Below the pieces are notes generated by a model. That model searched no databases and was not told where the DNA came from. It was given only the letters and a program-made list of their open reading frames with translations. The position numbers and the translations under genes are program-made. DNA of 29,232 bases from Abditibacteriaceae bacterium (GTDB lineage Bacteria; Armatimonadota; Abditibacteriia; Abditibacteriales; Abditibacteriaceae). Each line of letters opens with the position of its first letter. Within the stretch, counting starts at the first letter, position 1. Of the stretch, positions 16,610 through 24,896 are shown in pieces. The stretch is from assembly GCA_031372065.1 (NCBI GenBank), contig JANMKN010000124.1, forward strand, positions 1 to 29,232, read 5' to 3'.

Positions 16610-18190
16610 TTATCTCGCATAATCCACCGCTCGCGTTTCGCGAATTACGGTTATTTTAATTTCGCCGGGATACGTCATTTCGTCCTGAATGCGCGCGGCC
16701 ACATCGCGCGCCATGCGCAAACTGCTTAAATCATCCACTTTTTCGGGCCTCACGACAATACGCACTTCGCGGCCCGCTTGAATGGCATACGACTTTTCAA
16801 CGCCTTCAAATGAGTCGGCGATGCGCTCCAAGTTTTGCAAACGCTTGATATAGGTTTCCACATTCTCGCGCCGCGCTCCGGGACGACTGCTGCTGATGGC
16901 ATCGGCCACTTGCACAATCACCGATTCTAAACTGGTCATGGCACTGGGATCTAAGTGATGCTCACCGGCTACGGTAATAACCGTTTCGCTTTCGCGATGC
17001 TTGCGCAGAAGTTCCATGCCCAAATCAATGTGCGTGCCTTCCTGATCGCAGTCCAGCGCTTTGCCGATGTCATGCAACAATCCGGCTCGCTTGCAAGTGT
17101 TTACATCGGCGCCTAATTCGGCAGCTATCGAAGCGGCCAAAACCGAAACTTCGACGCTATGCTTTAAGATATTTTGACCATAACTGGTGCGATAGAGAAG
17201 GCGCCCAAACACTTCCATGATGCCGCGCGGCAAGCGCACTTTGGCTTGCGTGGTGGCGTGTTCGGCGGCTTCACGCATTTTTTGGTCAACTTCCGCCTTC
17301 GATTTGTTTAGCACTTCTTCGATGCGCGCCGGGTGAATACGCCCATCGTTGACCAGCGTGGACAAAGCGATCCTCGCGATTTCGCGGCGCACTGGCTCGA
17401 AGGAGGAAATCACGACGGCTTCTGGCGTGTCGTCAATGATGAGATCACAGCCCGACATTTGCTCGAAAGTGCGAATATTACGGCCTTCGCGTCCGATAAT
17501 ACGGCCCTTGAGTTCATCGCTGGGTAACGGCACCACGGAAACAGCGCTCTCAGATGTCTGATCTACGGCGCAGCGTTGAATCGCCATCGTGATGATGCGC
17601 CGCGCTTTTTCTTCGGATTGCTCCTGCACTTCCTCGGCGACGCGCTTGACCACGCGATTCATCTCGGTGCGGGTTTCCTCTTCGACGCGCTTGAGCAACA
17701 ACTCACGCGCTTCGGCAATCGGCAATTGAGCGACGCGTTCCAAGGCATCGCGCTGCTGAACGACCAACTGTTCAGCTTCTTCGATGCGGGTGGTGATTTC
17801 GATTTCGCGCTGATTGAGCGCCTTTTCGCGTCCATCAATCTGGCGTAAACGGCGTTCGAGATGCGTTTCTCGCTCGCGCAGACGCTTTTCGGTTTCTTTG
17901 ATTTCAAGTCGCCGGTCTTGCGTTTCTTTTTCGATGGTTTCGCGCAAGCGTTGCACTTCGGCCTGCACTTGTTCGCGCGCTTCGACCTGCAATTCTTTGT
18001 GGCGCGCGGCGATTGTGACATCGGCTTCTACCGATTTGGTTTCAGCAGCGGCTAATTTTTCGGCGGCGATCTGAATCTTGGCAGCGGCCTCTGCCGATTG
18101 CACTTTGGCTTTCAACTGCGCCGCCACAATTCCAACTACCAGACCCACCAACCCTAAAACAGCCGCCAAAATATAAGCGGATAATTCCAT
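16610..18190 (-). CDS. rny: Ribonuclease Y
   Basis: N-terminal TM helix, coiled coil, KH domain KGRIIGREGRNIR, HD domain LLHDIGKA, YAIQAGREVR, YPGEIKITVIRE; GGAG SD upstream. Confidence 0.97.
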   Translation of the reverse strand: MELSAYILAAVLGLVGLVVGIVAAQLKAKVQSAEAAAKIQIAAEKLAAAETKSVEADVTIAARHKELQVEAREQVQAEVQRLRETIEKETQDRRLEIKETEKRLRERETHLERRLRQIDGREKALNQREIEITTRIEEAEQLVVQQRDALERVAQLPIAEARELLLKRVEEETRTEMNRVVKRVAEEVQEQSEEKARRIITMAIQRCAVDQTSESAVSVVPLPSDELKGRIIGREGRNIRTFEQMSGCDLIIDDTPEAVVISSFEPVRREIARIALSTLVNDGRIHPARIEEVLNKSKAEVDQKMREAAEHATTQAKVRLPRGIMEVFGRLLYRTSYGQNILKHSVEVSVLAASIAAELGADVNTCKRAGLLHDIGKALDCDQEGTHIDLGMELLRKHRESETVITVAGEHHLDPSAMTSLESVIVQVADAISSSRPGARRENVETYIKRLQNLERIADSFEGVEKSYAIQAGREVRIVVRPEKVDDLSSLRMARDVAARIQDEMTYPGEIKITVIRETRAVDYAR

Positions 18191-18217
18191 GTTATCTCCC
18201 GTCCAGCGCCGTTTTTC

Positions 18218-18637
18218 TTAAAAAAGCGACACCAAGCAGAGCGTAGATTTAAGCTGCGTGACGGGAGGCAATCCATTCAAATTCTTGATTCCAAAGCGAC
18301 GCACACCGGCCCGTGCTTCAAAAGAAGCGTTTGACCGGCGCGAAGAAGCAAGAAGCGGGCAAAGAAAGGAAAAAAGCGGTGAGGTCGAAGAGAACGAAGC
18401 AGGGCACGCGAAAACCGGAGAAGGCAGTGGTCGGCCACTAAGACCGCCTGCAAGACAGCACTTCAGTAAAGGGGTTTCCCAATTCAAAACCAGCAGCGGA
18501 GCAACAAAAAAGGACGCGCCATTTGTCTTGAAACAGGCCGCCACACAGGGAACAAGGGGTAAAACCAACAATGACAAGCCCGTTGCCATGAAAAATCCCC
18601 AAAATAGTCCCCAAAGCGGCACGTTAAGCGCAAACAT
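18218..18637 (-). CDS. Doubtful hydrophobic hypothetical ORF (139 aa) in the rny upstream region
   Basis: ATG at 18637 with AAAGGA upstream, but the F/L/S/P bias may only reflect a pyrimidine-rich strand. Confidence 0.25.
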   Translation of the reverse strand: MFALNVPLWGLFWGFFMATGLSLLVLPLVPCVAACFKTNGASFFVAPLLVLNWETPLLKCCLAGGLSGRPLPSPVFACPASFSSTSPLFSFLCPLLASSRRSNASFEARAGVRRFGIKNLNGLPPVTQLKSTLCLVSLF

Positions 18638-18851
18638 GACCTTAAGTTCCTTTAATTCTCGCGCATCGTTGGTTCTTTTGAAAGATTTTTCAATCGAAAA
18701 ACGATGCCACTGATGGCCCAATATCCAACGCGACTGAAAAATAAGTCTCGCGTTTGATGAAGGTAGATTGCTTTGGCCTTAAAATCCGGCCACAATCCGT
18801 GATGGAAACCTGAGTTTTCCGTGTTAATCCCGGCGTAAATCTTTCGGTAAG

Positions 18852-18968
18852 TCACTCACGCGGCGTCTCCCGGCTGCCATTGCCTAAAGCGAATTGTGGC
18901 GCAGAACACTGCGCCAAAACGCCCTCAGCGAACAACGATGAAGTAAGGAGCCACCCGACAAGCAGTGC
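18852..18968 (-). ncRNA. Candidate structured RNA or leader hairpin upstream of rny
   Basis: Perfect 8-bp stem 18897-18904/18909-18916, with further imperfect nested stems on the minus strand, starting just after an extended -10. Confidence 0.3.
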
Positions 18969-18973
18969 CCCCA

Positions 18974-18982
18974 AGTATAACA
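18974..18982 (-). promoter_or_regulatory. Extended -10 promoter (TGnTATACT)
   Basis: Minus strand reads TGTTATACT at 18982-18974 within an AT-rich stretch. Confidence 0.55.
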
Positions 18983-19053
18983 GGATATTCACAACAGTTA
19001 AAAACGACGTTAAATCTAAGATCACAGAATATGGCACAACTCGCTTGGCAGTT

Positions 19054-19260
19054 TCATGCTGCAACAGGCATCGCAAAACCCAATATTGCCATCAAATACG
19101 CGCCACCAATCGCCGTATTAACGTCGAACGCCAGCGCCTATTGCGCTGGGCCGACATAAACGAGGCGCGAATTTTCGATATAAATGGCGGCGTTTCCAAT
19201 AACATCAAACGCGCCATTGCAAGTAACAGCGGTGACAGGCGAAAGCGAAATTCGTGGCAT
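19054..19260 (-). pseudogene. Truncated, nonsense-interrupted N-terminus of an amidohydrolase-family (MTA/SAH deaminase-like) gene
   Basis: Reads MPRISLSPVTAVTCNGAFDVIGNAAIYIENSRLVYVGPAQ*ALAFDVNTAIGGAYLMAILGF; TAG at 19140-19138; resemblance stops before the HxH motif. Confidence 0.6.
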
Positions 19261-19475
19261 GAAGTTGTTGCCAAGTTTGACTGATTTGCGAATGCGTGAC
19301 AGTGAAAGGGACGTGCCAAATTTTTAAGTAAAATGGAATTCAGTGCCACGAACTGTCTATCAGATAATTGGCTCTGATCTGAACGAGGCAAAAATGGATG
19401 GACGTTCTATTACTTCGTTTCGCTTTGTCCGTAAATTAAGGCGACTGTCCGAGAAGTCAAAACATCAACAGATTT

Positions 19476-20600
19476 TTATTGCGACTTTTCGTCATACAGT
19501 TCAAACGCCCGCCATGTTTCAAAGCGCATTTTATCCTTCTGAGGATTACCTATAGCTTGAGTAAAGCGTGGTCCTGCTTTATGCGTGTCCAAGTCGGCGA
19601 ACACTTCGCGCGCCGTTTCTAAGTTAGGGAAGTTTTGGTATCCCGTTCCGTCTTCCGTAATTCTATCCGCAGCAACTCCTACAACCACAACTGGCGTCCC
19701 GTCTTTCCATTTTGCATCTTTGGGGACAATGGATACAGTGGGGCGCCGCAGCATCTCCGGTTGATGAGTTGGAGCCGCTAACCTCATTGCAAATTCTGTA
19801 TTAGCGGGGTCGCGAATGATACCACGAATATCAGGCGCAGATGGAAGTTTCTCTGGCATAATACCACCGATATCTTCGATTGCTTTTCTCACCTTTTTGC
19901 CTACTTGATGGTGAGTATCTGTTGCCTCTCTCTCAGTTTGAATTTGCATTGCTCGGAGTTTGGTTTCCGTTTGCGTTATGCGAAATTCATTGGCCGCCAA
20001 TTCTTCGCGCCCCATGTGATCCAACAATTCGCCTTGTGCAGGAATTTTCTTCAATCTCTTCAAGTTTTTTGCATCGTAACCACCATATAGGCCGGTATAA
20101 CCAGCATCCTGAAATTCATCGAAGTCCTCTACTCCGCTTTGATGAGCTACGTTGTTTAAAATTGCGTTGCGACTTTTGACACGCTCTCTGTGGTAAATCC
20201 GGCGCTGGTCTTCGGTCAATTGGTCAAGTTCTTCTTGCCGCCGCGCTTGGAAGGCAAAATACGTCTGTGCCTCGGCAATCATCTTTTCTCTTGGGTCTGC
20301 ATTCATCGCCACCAAGTAACAACCGTAGCGACTCAAGAAAGTGTCAAGCACTCGCCTATCCGCGCCGCTACTTGTTTGAACCACTTCAGTAGCGTCGCGG
20401 AAATGGTCACGCAGGTCAAAGCCAGACCTTTCACAAGCTATCTGTGCCCTTTGGATAACCTTTTGAAAACTGCTCCAATCCACATATCCCAGTGCAGTAG
20501 CAAGTTCGCACCCACTCCAATACTCTTTGCCTGACCGACCAACTCTCTTGATTTGCTCAAACGGACTTTGCCCATTTGAAATCTCTAATGAATCATCCAT
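19476..20600 (-). CDS. dinD: DNA damage-inducible protein D (Bro-N family) with C-terminal extension
   Basis: SPFEQIK..EYWS..L...LGY..W..F, LSRYGCYLVAMNADP, AQTYFA, FQDAGYTGLYGG, LDHMG.EELAANEFRITQ, GGIMPE.LP; GGAGG SD. Confidence 0.9.
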   Translation of the reverse strand: MDDSLEISNGQSPFEQIKRVGRSGKEYWSGCELATALGYVDWSSFQKVIQRAQIACERSGFDLRDHFRDATEVVQTSSGADRRVLDTFLSRYGCYLVAMNADPREKMIAEAQTYFAFQARRQEELDQLTEDQRRIYHRERVKSRNAILNNVAHQSGVEDFDEFQDAGYTGLYGGYDAKNLKRLKKIPAQGELLDHMGREELAANEFRITQTETKLRAMQIQTEREATDTHHQVGKKVRKAIEDIGGIMPEKLPSAPDIRGIIRDPANTEFAMRLAAPTHQPEMLRRPTVSIVPKDAKWKDGTPVVVVGVAADRITEDGTGYQNFPNLETAREVFADLDTHKAGPRFTQAIGNPQKDKMRFETWRAFELYDEKSQ

Positions 20601-20687
20601 TGTTCATACCTCCACATCTTTTTACGGCACCTCGATCATTTTTGCCATTTTTCTACGGTTGAATCAAGTGTCGTGGCACTAATCTCT

Positions 20688-23600
20688 TTACGTCAACGGC
20701 ACTGGCACGAGAAGTTTTCCATCGCCGAGGACATCGAGAACTTCATCCACAAAGTGCTGATCAGGTTCGACGAAAAAGTTTTCCGCGACGCGCAGTTGTA
20801 ACAGTTCGAGGCCGTTATCAATGTGCAGCCAGACTTCGCATTTGCCGTGATGCGCGCGGCAGATATTCCAGATTTTATTGATAATATCCGCTGTCGCCAT
20901 TTCTTGCGTGAGGTGCATATGAACAGCGTGCATGGCATCGTGCGGCGGGGCGAAAGCGCGGCCAATGCGCACCGGGCCTCGTGGCGCTTCAGGACGAGGA
21001 TTTTCAACAGGCGGTGCCGCGTTTTGTGTGTTGTTCACTTGGCGTCCGTTGCCGTTTCCGCTGTGGCCGTTGCCGTTGTAGCCGTTTTTGCCATTGCCAT
21101 TGTGCCCGTTGCCGTTGGAATAACCATTGCCGTTGTTTCCATTTCCGTTGGTGCCCATCGTATAACTGCGCTTACTCACGGCGCTGGCGGGCGTGTGAAG
21201 CGGCGCTTTAAGAGGCGCGGCGGGCTGATAAACGGTCTGACCTTGGATTTCAGAAGGCAATTCGATGGGTGGGGGCGGCGCAGCGGCCATAGGATTATCA
21301 ACAACGAGATGCTGGGCATCCTGCGGAATTAGTTCCACGCTGTCGGCCATGATTTTGTAAACCGTGACTTCTTCGCCCGCTTCGTCGTCTTCGGAATTCA
21401 TGCGGTTGCCGCGCCGATTATCGGCAGCCAGGCGGCCTGTAACCAGTAATTTCGCGTCTTCTTTGACGATTTCGCTGCATTTATCGAAGGTTTTGGCGAA
21501 GGCTAAAATTTCCATCGAGCCGGTCAGGTCTTCGATGGTGAAAGCGCACCACGTTCGCCCATTTTTGTCCACCATTTTCTTCGTAATCGTCACCATGCCG
21601 CCAACAGTAGCACGGTCACCATCATTGAAAGTGCGGTCTTCACCCAAACGGGCGATGGAAATGGTATTTTGATCGAGATAATCGCTGAGAGGGAGCAGCG
21701 GATGGTCGCTAATATAAAGGCCAAGCAACTCTTTTTCCCACAAAAGTCGCGTGTCGCGGTCGGCATCGGGCACGTTTGGCAACTCGCCCTGCGCTTTCGG
21801 GCGTCCGACTTCGGCAGTGTCCATCGCAAAGATGTTCATCTGACCCGAAAGCGCGTCCTGCTGCGCTTTTTGACCGGAAGTGATGGCGTCATCCAAAATT
21901 TCCAGCATCGCCTGACGGTTGCCATGCAAGGTATCAAAAGCGCCGCATTTAATCAGCGTTTCCATCGCGCTGCGGTTGCAGGCACGCGAAGAAACGCGTT
22001 CGAAAAAATCTAAAAGCGAAGCGAAACGCCCGCCTTCTTTGCGCGCTTCGCAAATAGCGTTAATCGGGCCTTCGCCAATGCCTTTAATCGCTTGCAAACC
22101 AAAGCGAATCGGCGGCTTGTCGCCTGTTCCCACAACGGTGAAATCGAAATTCGATTCGTTGACATCGGGCGGCAAAACATCAATATTATGCTTGCGGCAA
22201 TCGTCAATCACGACCAGCAGTTTGTCTTTTTTGTCCAGCAAACTGGTCATCTTGCACGCCATAAATTCCGAGGCGTAGTTGACCTTTAAATAGCCCGTCC
22301 AATACGAAACAAGGCCATAATAAGCCGCATGACTTTTATTGAAAGCGTATTTTGCAAAAGACTCCATTCTGTCAAAAATATCCAGAGAGTCTTTCTCCGT
22401 GATGCCGTTATTGAGGCAGCCTTCGACGAACAGCGGCTTCATTTTCGCCATGTCGTCGGCCTTCTTTTTCGACATGGCTTTCATCAGCGTTTCCGATTGG
22501 CCGCCAGTGAAATTGGCCAAGGCTTGCGCCGCTTGCATGACCTGCTCTTGATAAAGCAGCATCCCATAGGTGTCTTTGAGAATCGGCTCTAATTTCGGGT
22601 GCGGATAAGTGACGTGTCCGCCGTGGCGCCCCGCGATGTAACGCGGAATTTCATCCATCGGGCCGGGGCGATACAGCGAAATCTGCGCGATGATGTGTTC
22701 CAGATTTTCCGGCTTCATTTCGCGCAAAAGATTGCGCATTCCGGTGCCTTCCATCTGAAAAACTGCGACGCCATCGCCGCGCCCCATCATGTCGTAAACC
22801 TTTTTGTCGTTCAGGTCTATGTTTTCCAAATCAATATCGGTGTTGTGGCGCGCTTTGATGAGTTCGAGCGTGTCGTTGATGACCGTATTGTTTTGTAGGC
22901 CCAAAAAGTCCATCTTGACCAGCCCGACTTTTTCGACGGCTTTGGCGTGATATTGCGTGATCACAACGCCGTCTTTTTCTTCGAGCGGCACCAATTCATC
23001 CAGCGCTTCTTGGCCGATAACCACGCCGCACGCGTGGCGCGAAGCATGGCGCGTCATGCCTTCGATTTGCTTGGCCGTGTCGCACAGGCGGCGAATGGTG
23101 GAATCGGTTTCGTAGAGGTTTTTTAGCTCGTTGACTTGCTCCACAGCCTGCATAATCGAAATCGGATGGCCGGGGATAGCGGGAATCAGCTTGGAAACTT
23201 TATCGGCGATTTGCAGATCAAGACCGGTGGCGCGCGCGGTGTCTTTGATTGCGGCGCGGGCGGCCAACGTTCCGAAAGTGATAATCTGCGCGACTTTATC
23301 TTTGCCGTATTTGCCCGAAACGTATTGCAAAACTTCATCGCGGCGCTTATCGGGAAAGTCCACGTCAATGTCCGGGGTGGACACACGATCCGGGTTCAAA
23401 AAGCGCTCGAAAAGCAGGCCATACGGCAGCGGATCAAGGTTGGTGATGCCCAAAACGTAAGAAACAAGACATCCCGCCGCGCTGCCGCGACAGCCAACTA
23501 AAATGCCGCGCTCTTTGCTCCAGTTGATGAAATCTTGCACCACCAAAAAGTAGCCGGCGTAGCCCTTTTGAATAATGATGCCCAGTTCGTATTCCATGCG

Positions 23601-24578
23601 CGGAATCGCTTCGGCGCGGCGCGCATGGCCGACGGGATAACGCGAATCGAAACGCTTTTTACAAAGTTCGCGCAAAAACGACACAAGGTCGTGTCCGGCA
23701 GGCACATCGAAGTTGGGAAAGTGCGTGGTTTTTAAATCCAGTTCAAGGTTGCACATATCCACGATGCGCATGGTGTTTTCCAGCGCTTCGGGAACGTGCT
23801 TGAACTTTTCATACATCTCGTCTGCCGATTTCAGATAAAAATTCGGCCCGTAATGCAGCGCCGCTTTGTCCACCGTGGTGTTGGTGCCGATGCAGACGAG
23901 AATTTTGTGCATCTGCTCATCTTCGCGCCGCAGATAATGCGCGTCGTTGGTGGCAATGAGCGGAATGCCAGTTTTGTGATGAATATCAATGACGCGCTGA
24001 TTGACTTCATCCTGTCCCGTCAGGTCGTGATCCATCAATTCTAAAAAGAAGTTTTCTTTGCCGAAAATGTCGCGGTATTTTTCGGCGCGACGCTGCGCTT
24101 CGTCCAACTTTTGCCCGATGATAAGCTGCGGAATTTCGCCGCCCAAACAAGCGCTGCCAGCTACCAAACCTTCGGAAAATTCGGCTAATAGTTCGTGGTC
24201 AACGCGCGGTTTGTAATAAAAACCGTGCAAATTGGCGCGCGTAGTGAGCTTCACGAGGTTTTTGTAACCCGTCAGGTTTTTGGCCCACAAAGTCAAGTGA
24301 TTGGTTAATTTCTGCGAGTCTTTTTGCGAATCTTTGTCCGTGTGCTTGCGCGGAGCCACATACGCTTCGACGCCGATAATCGGCTTGACGCCTTCTTTGA
24401 GGCACGCTTCATAATGGTCAATGGCGCCATACATGACGCCGTGATCGGTCAGCGCCAACGCGGGCATATCCATTTCCGCCGCGCGCTTGGCGAGGTCTTT
24501 GACGCGATTAGCGCCGTCGAGCAGCGAATACTCAGAGTGAACGTGAAGGTGGCAAAAACCGCAGGGACATTTGGACAT
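20688..24578 (-). CDS. dnaE: DNA polymerase III alpha subunit (DnaE1-type)
   Basis: PHP domain HLHVHSEYSLLDG, RGSAAG, FERFLNPDR..PDIDVDF, KMDFLGL, YAFNKSH, clamp motif QMNIF, OB fold. Confidence 0.98.
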   Translation of the reverse strand: MSKCPCGFCHLHVHSEYSLLDGANRVKDLAKRAAEMDMPALALTDHGVMYGAIDHYEACLKEGVKPIIGVEAYVAPRKHTDKDSQKDSQKLTNHLTLWAKNLTGYKNLVKLTTRANLHGFYYKPRVDHELLAEFSEGLVAGSACLGGEIPQLIIGQKLDEAQRRAEKYRDIFGKENFFLELMDHDLTGQDEVNQRVIDIHHKTGIPLIATNDAHYLRREDEQMHKILVCIGTNTTVDKAALHYGPNFYLKSADEMYEKFKHVPEALENTMRIVDMCNLELDLKTTHFPNFDVPAGHDLVSFLRELCKKRFDSRYPVGHARRAEAIPRMEYELGIIIQKGYAGYFLVVQDFINWSKERGILVGCRGSAAGCLVSYVLGITNLDPLPYGLLFERFLNPDRVSTPDIDVDFPDKRRDEVLQYVSGKYGKDKVAQIITFGTLAARAAIKDTARATGLDLQIADKVSKLIPAIPGHPISIMQAVEQVNELKNLYETDSTIRRLCDTAKQIEGMTRHASRHACGVVIGQEALDELVPLEEKDGVVITQYHAKAVEKVGLVKMDFLGLQNNTVINDTLELIKARHNTDIDLENIDLNDKKVYDMMGRGDGVAVFQMEGTGMRNLLREMKPENLEHIIAQISLYRPGPMDEIPRYIAGRHGGHVTYPHPKLEPILKDTYGMLLYQEQVMQAAQALANFTGGQSETLMKAMSKKKADDMAKMKPLFVEGCLNNGITEKDSLDIFDRMESFAKYAFNKSHAAYYGLVSYWTGYLKVNYASEFMACKMTSLLDKKDKLLVVIDDCRKHNIDVLPPDVNESNFDFTVVGTGDKPPIRFGLQAIKGIGEGPINAICEARKEGGRFASLLDFFERVSSRACNRSAMETLIKCGAFDTLHGNRQAMLEILDDAITSGQKAQQDALSGQMNIFAMDTAEVGRPKAQGELPNVPDADRDTRLLWEKELLGLYISDHPLLPLSDYLDQNTISIARLGEDRTFNDGDRATVGGMVTITKKMVDKNGRTWCAFTIEDLTGSMEILAFAKTFDKCSEIVKEDAKLLVTGRLAADNRRGNRMNSEDDEAGEEVTVYKIMADSVELIPQDAQHLVVDNPMAAAPPPPIELPSEIQGQTVYQPAAPLKAPLHTPASAVSKRSYTMGTNGNGNNGNGYSNGNGHNGNGKNGYNGNGHSGNGNGRQVNNTQNAAPPVENPRPEAPRGPVRIGRAFAPPHDAMHAVHMHLTQEMATADIINKIWNICRAHHGKCEVWLHIDNGLELLQLRVAENFFVEPDQHFVDEVLDVLGDGKLLVPVPLT

Positions 24579-24896
24579 CAGTGGAAACCTAAAGCTGGCA
24601 AAAACTCAGCGAAGCTGCATTTTGGTATAGCAGATTCGGCCTGTTGCGGGCGATGGGCTTATTGCTTCTTAGAGGACTTTCAGGCATTGCATAAGGCCAA
24701 TTTTACTTATCCAAAAAGTTTTCCCTAAGTTGTCCTTAGCGCTTCGAGTTTAGCGTTCGGGGCAAACAATCCATTATCACGCTTGTGGCAAGATTTACAA
24801 GGCAAAAAAAACAATTCAAACTAACGAGAATTCGTTTCGTCACGCCGGTTCAGTCGGGGGGAGCCGTCCATTTTTTTGTCAAAGGAGTGTTCTTTT

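Noticed and set aside
18652..19391. Chain of short minus ORFs (18652-18855, 18852-19076, 19092-19391) as one frameshifted gene
   Set aside because: No coherent protein signal; better explained by the amidohydrolase remnant in another frame plus promoter and leader sequence.
20601..20687. LexA/SOS box upstream of dinD
   Set aside because: Neither CTGT-N8-ACAG nor GAAC-N4-GTTC is present; a lineage-specific box cannot be excluded.
20688..24578. Intein in DnaE
   Set aside because: No C/S...HN-C/S/T splice junctions or LAGLIDADG motifs seen; the extra length is the low-complexity insert.
24579..24896. c-di-GMP-I or other riboswitch in the dnaE divergent region (GGCAAA seen)
   Set aside because: The required GNRA/receptor stems and second hairpin are not evident.
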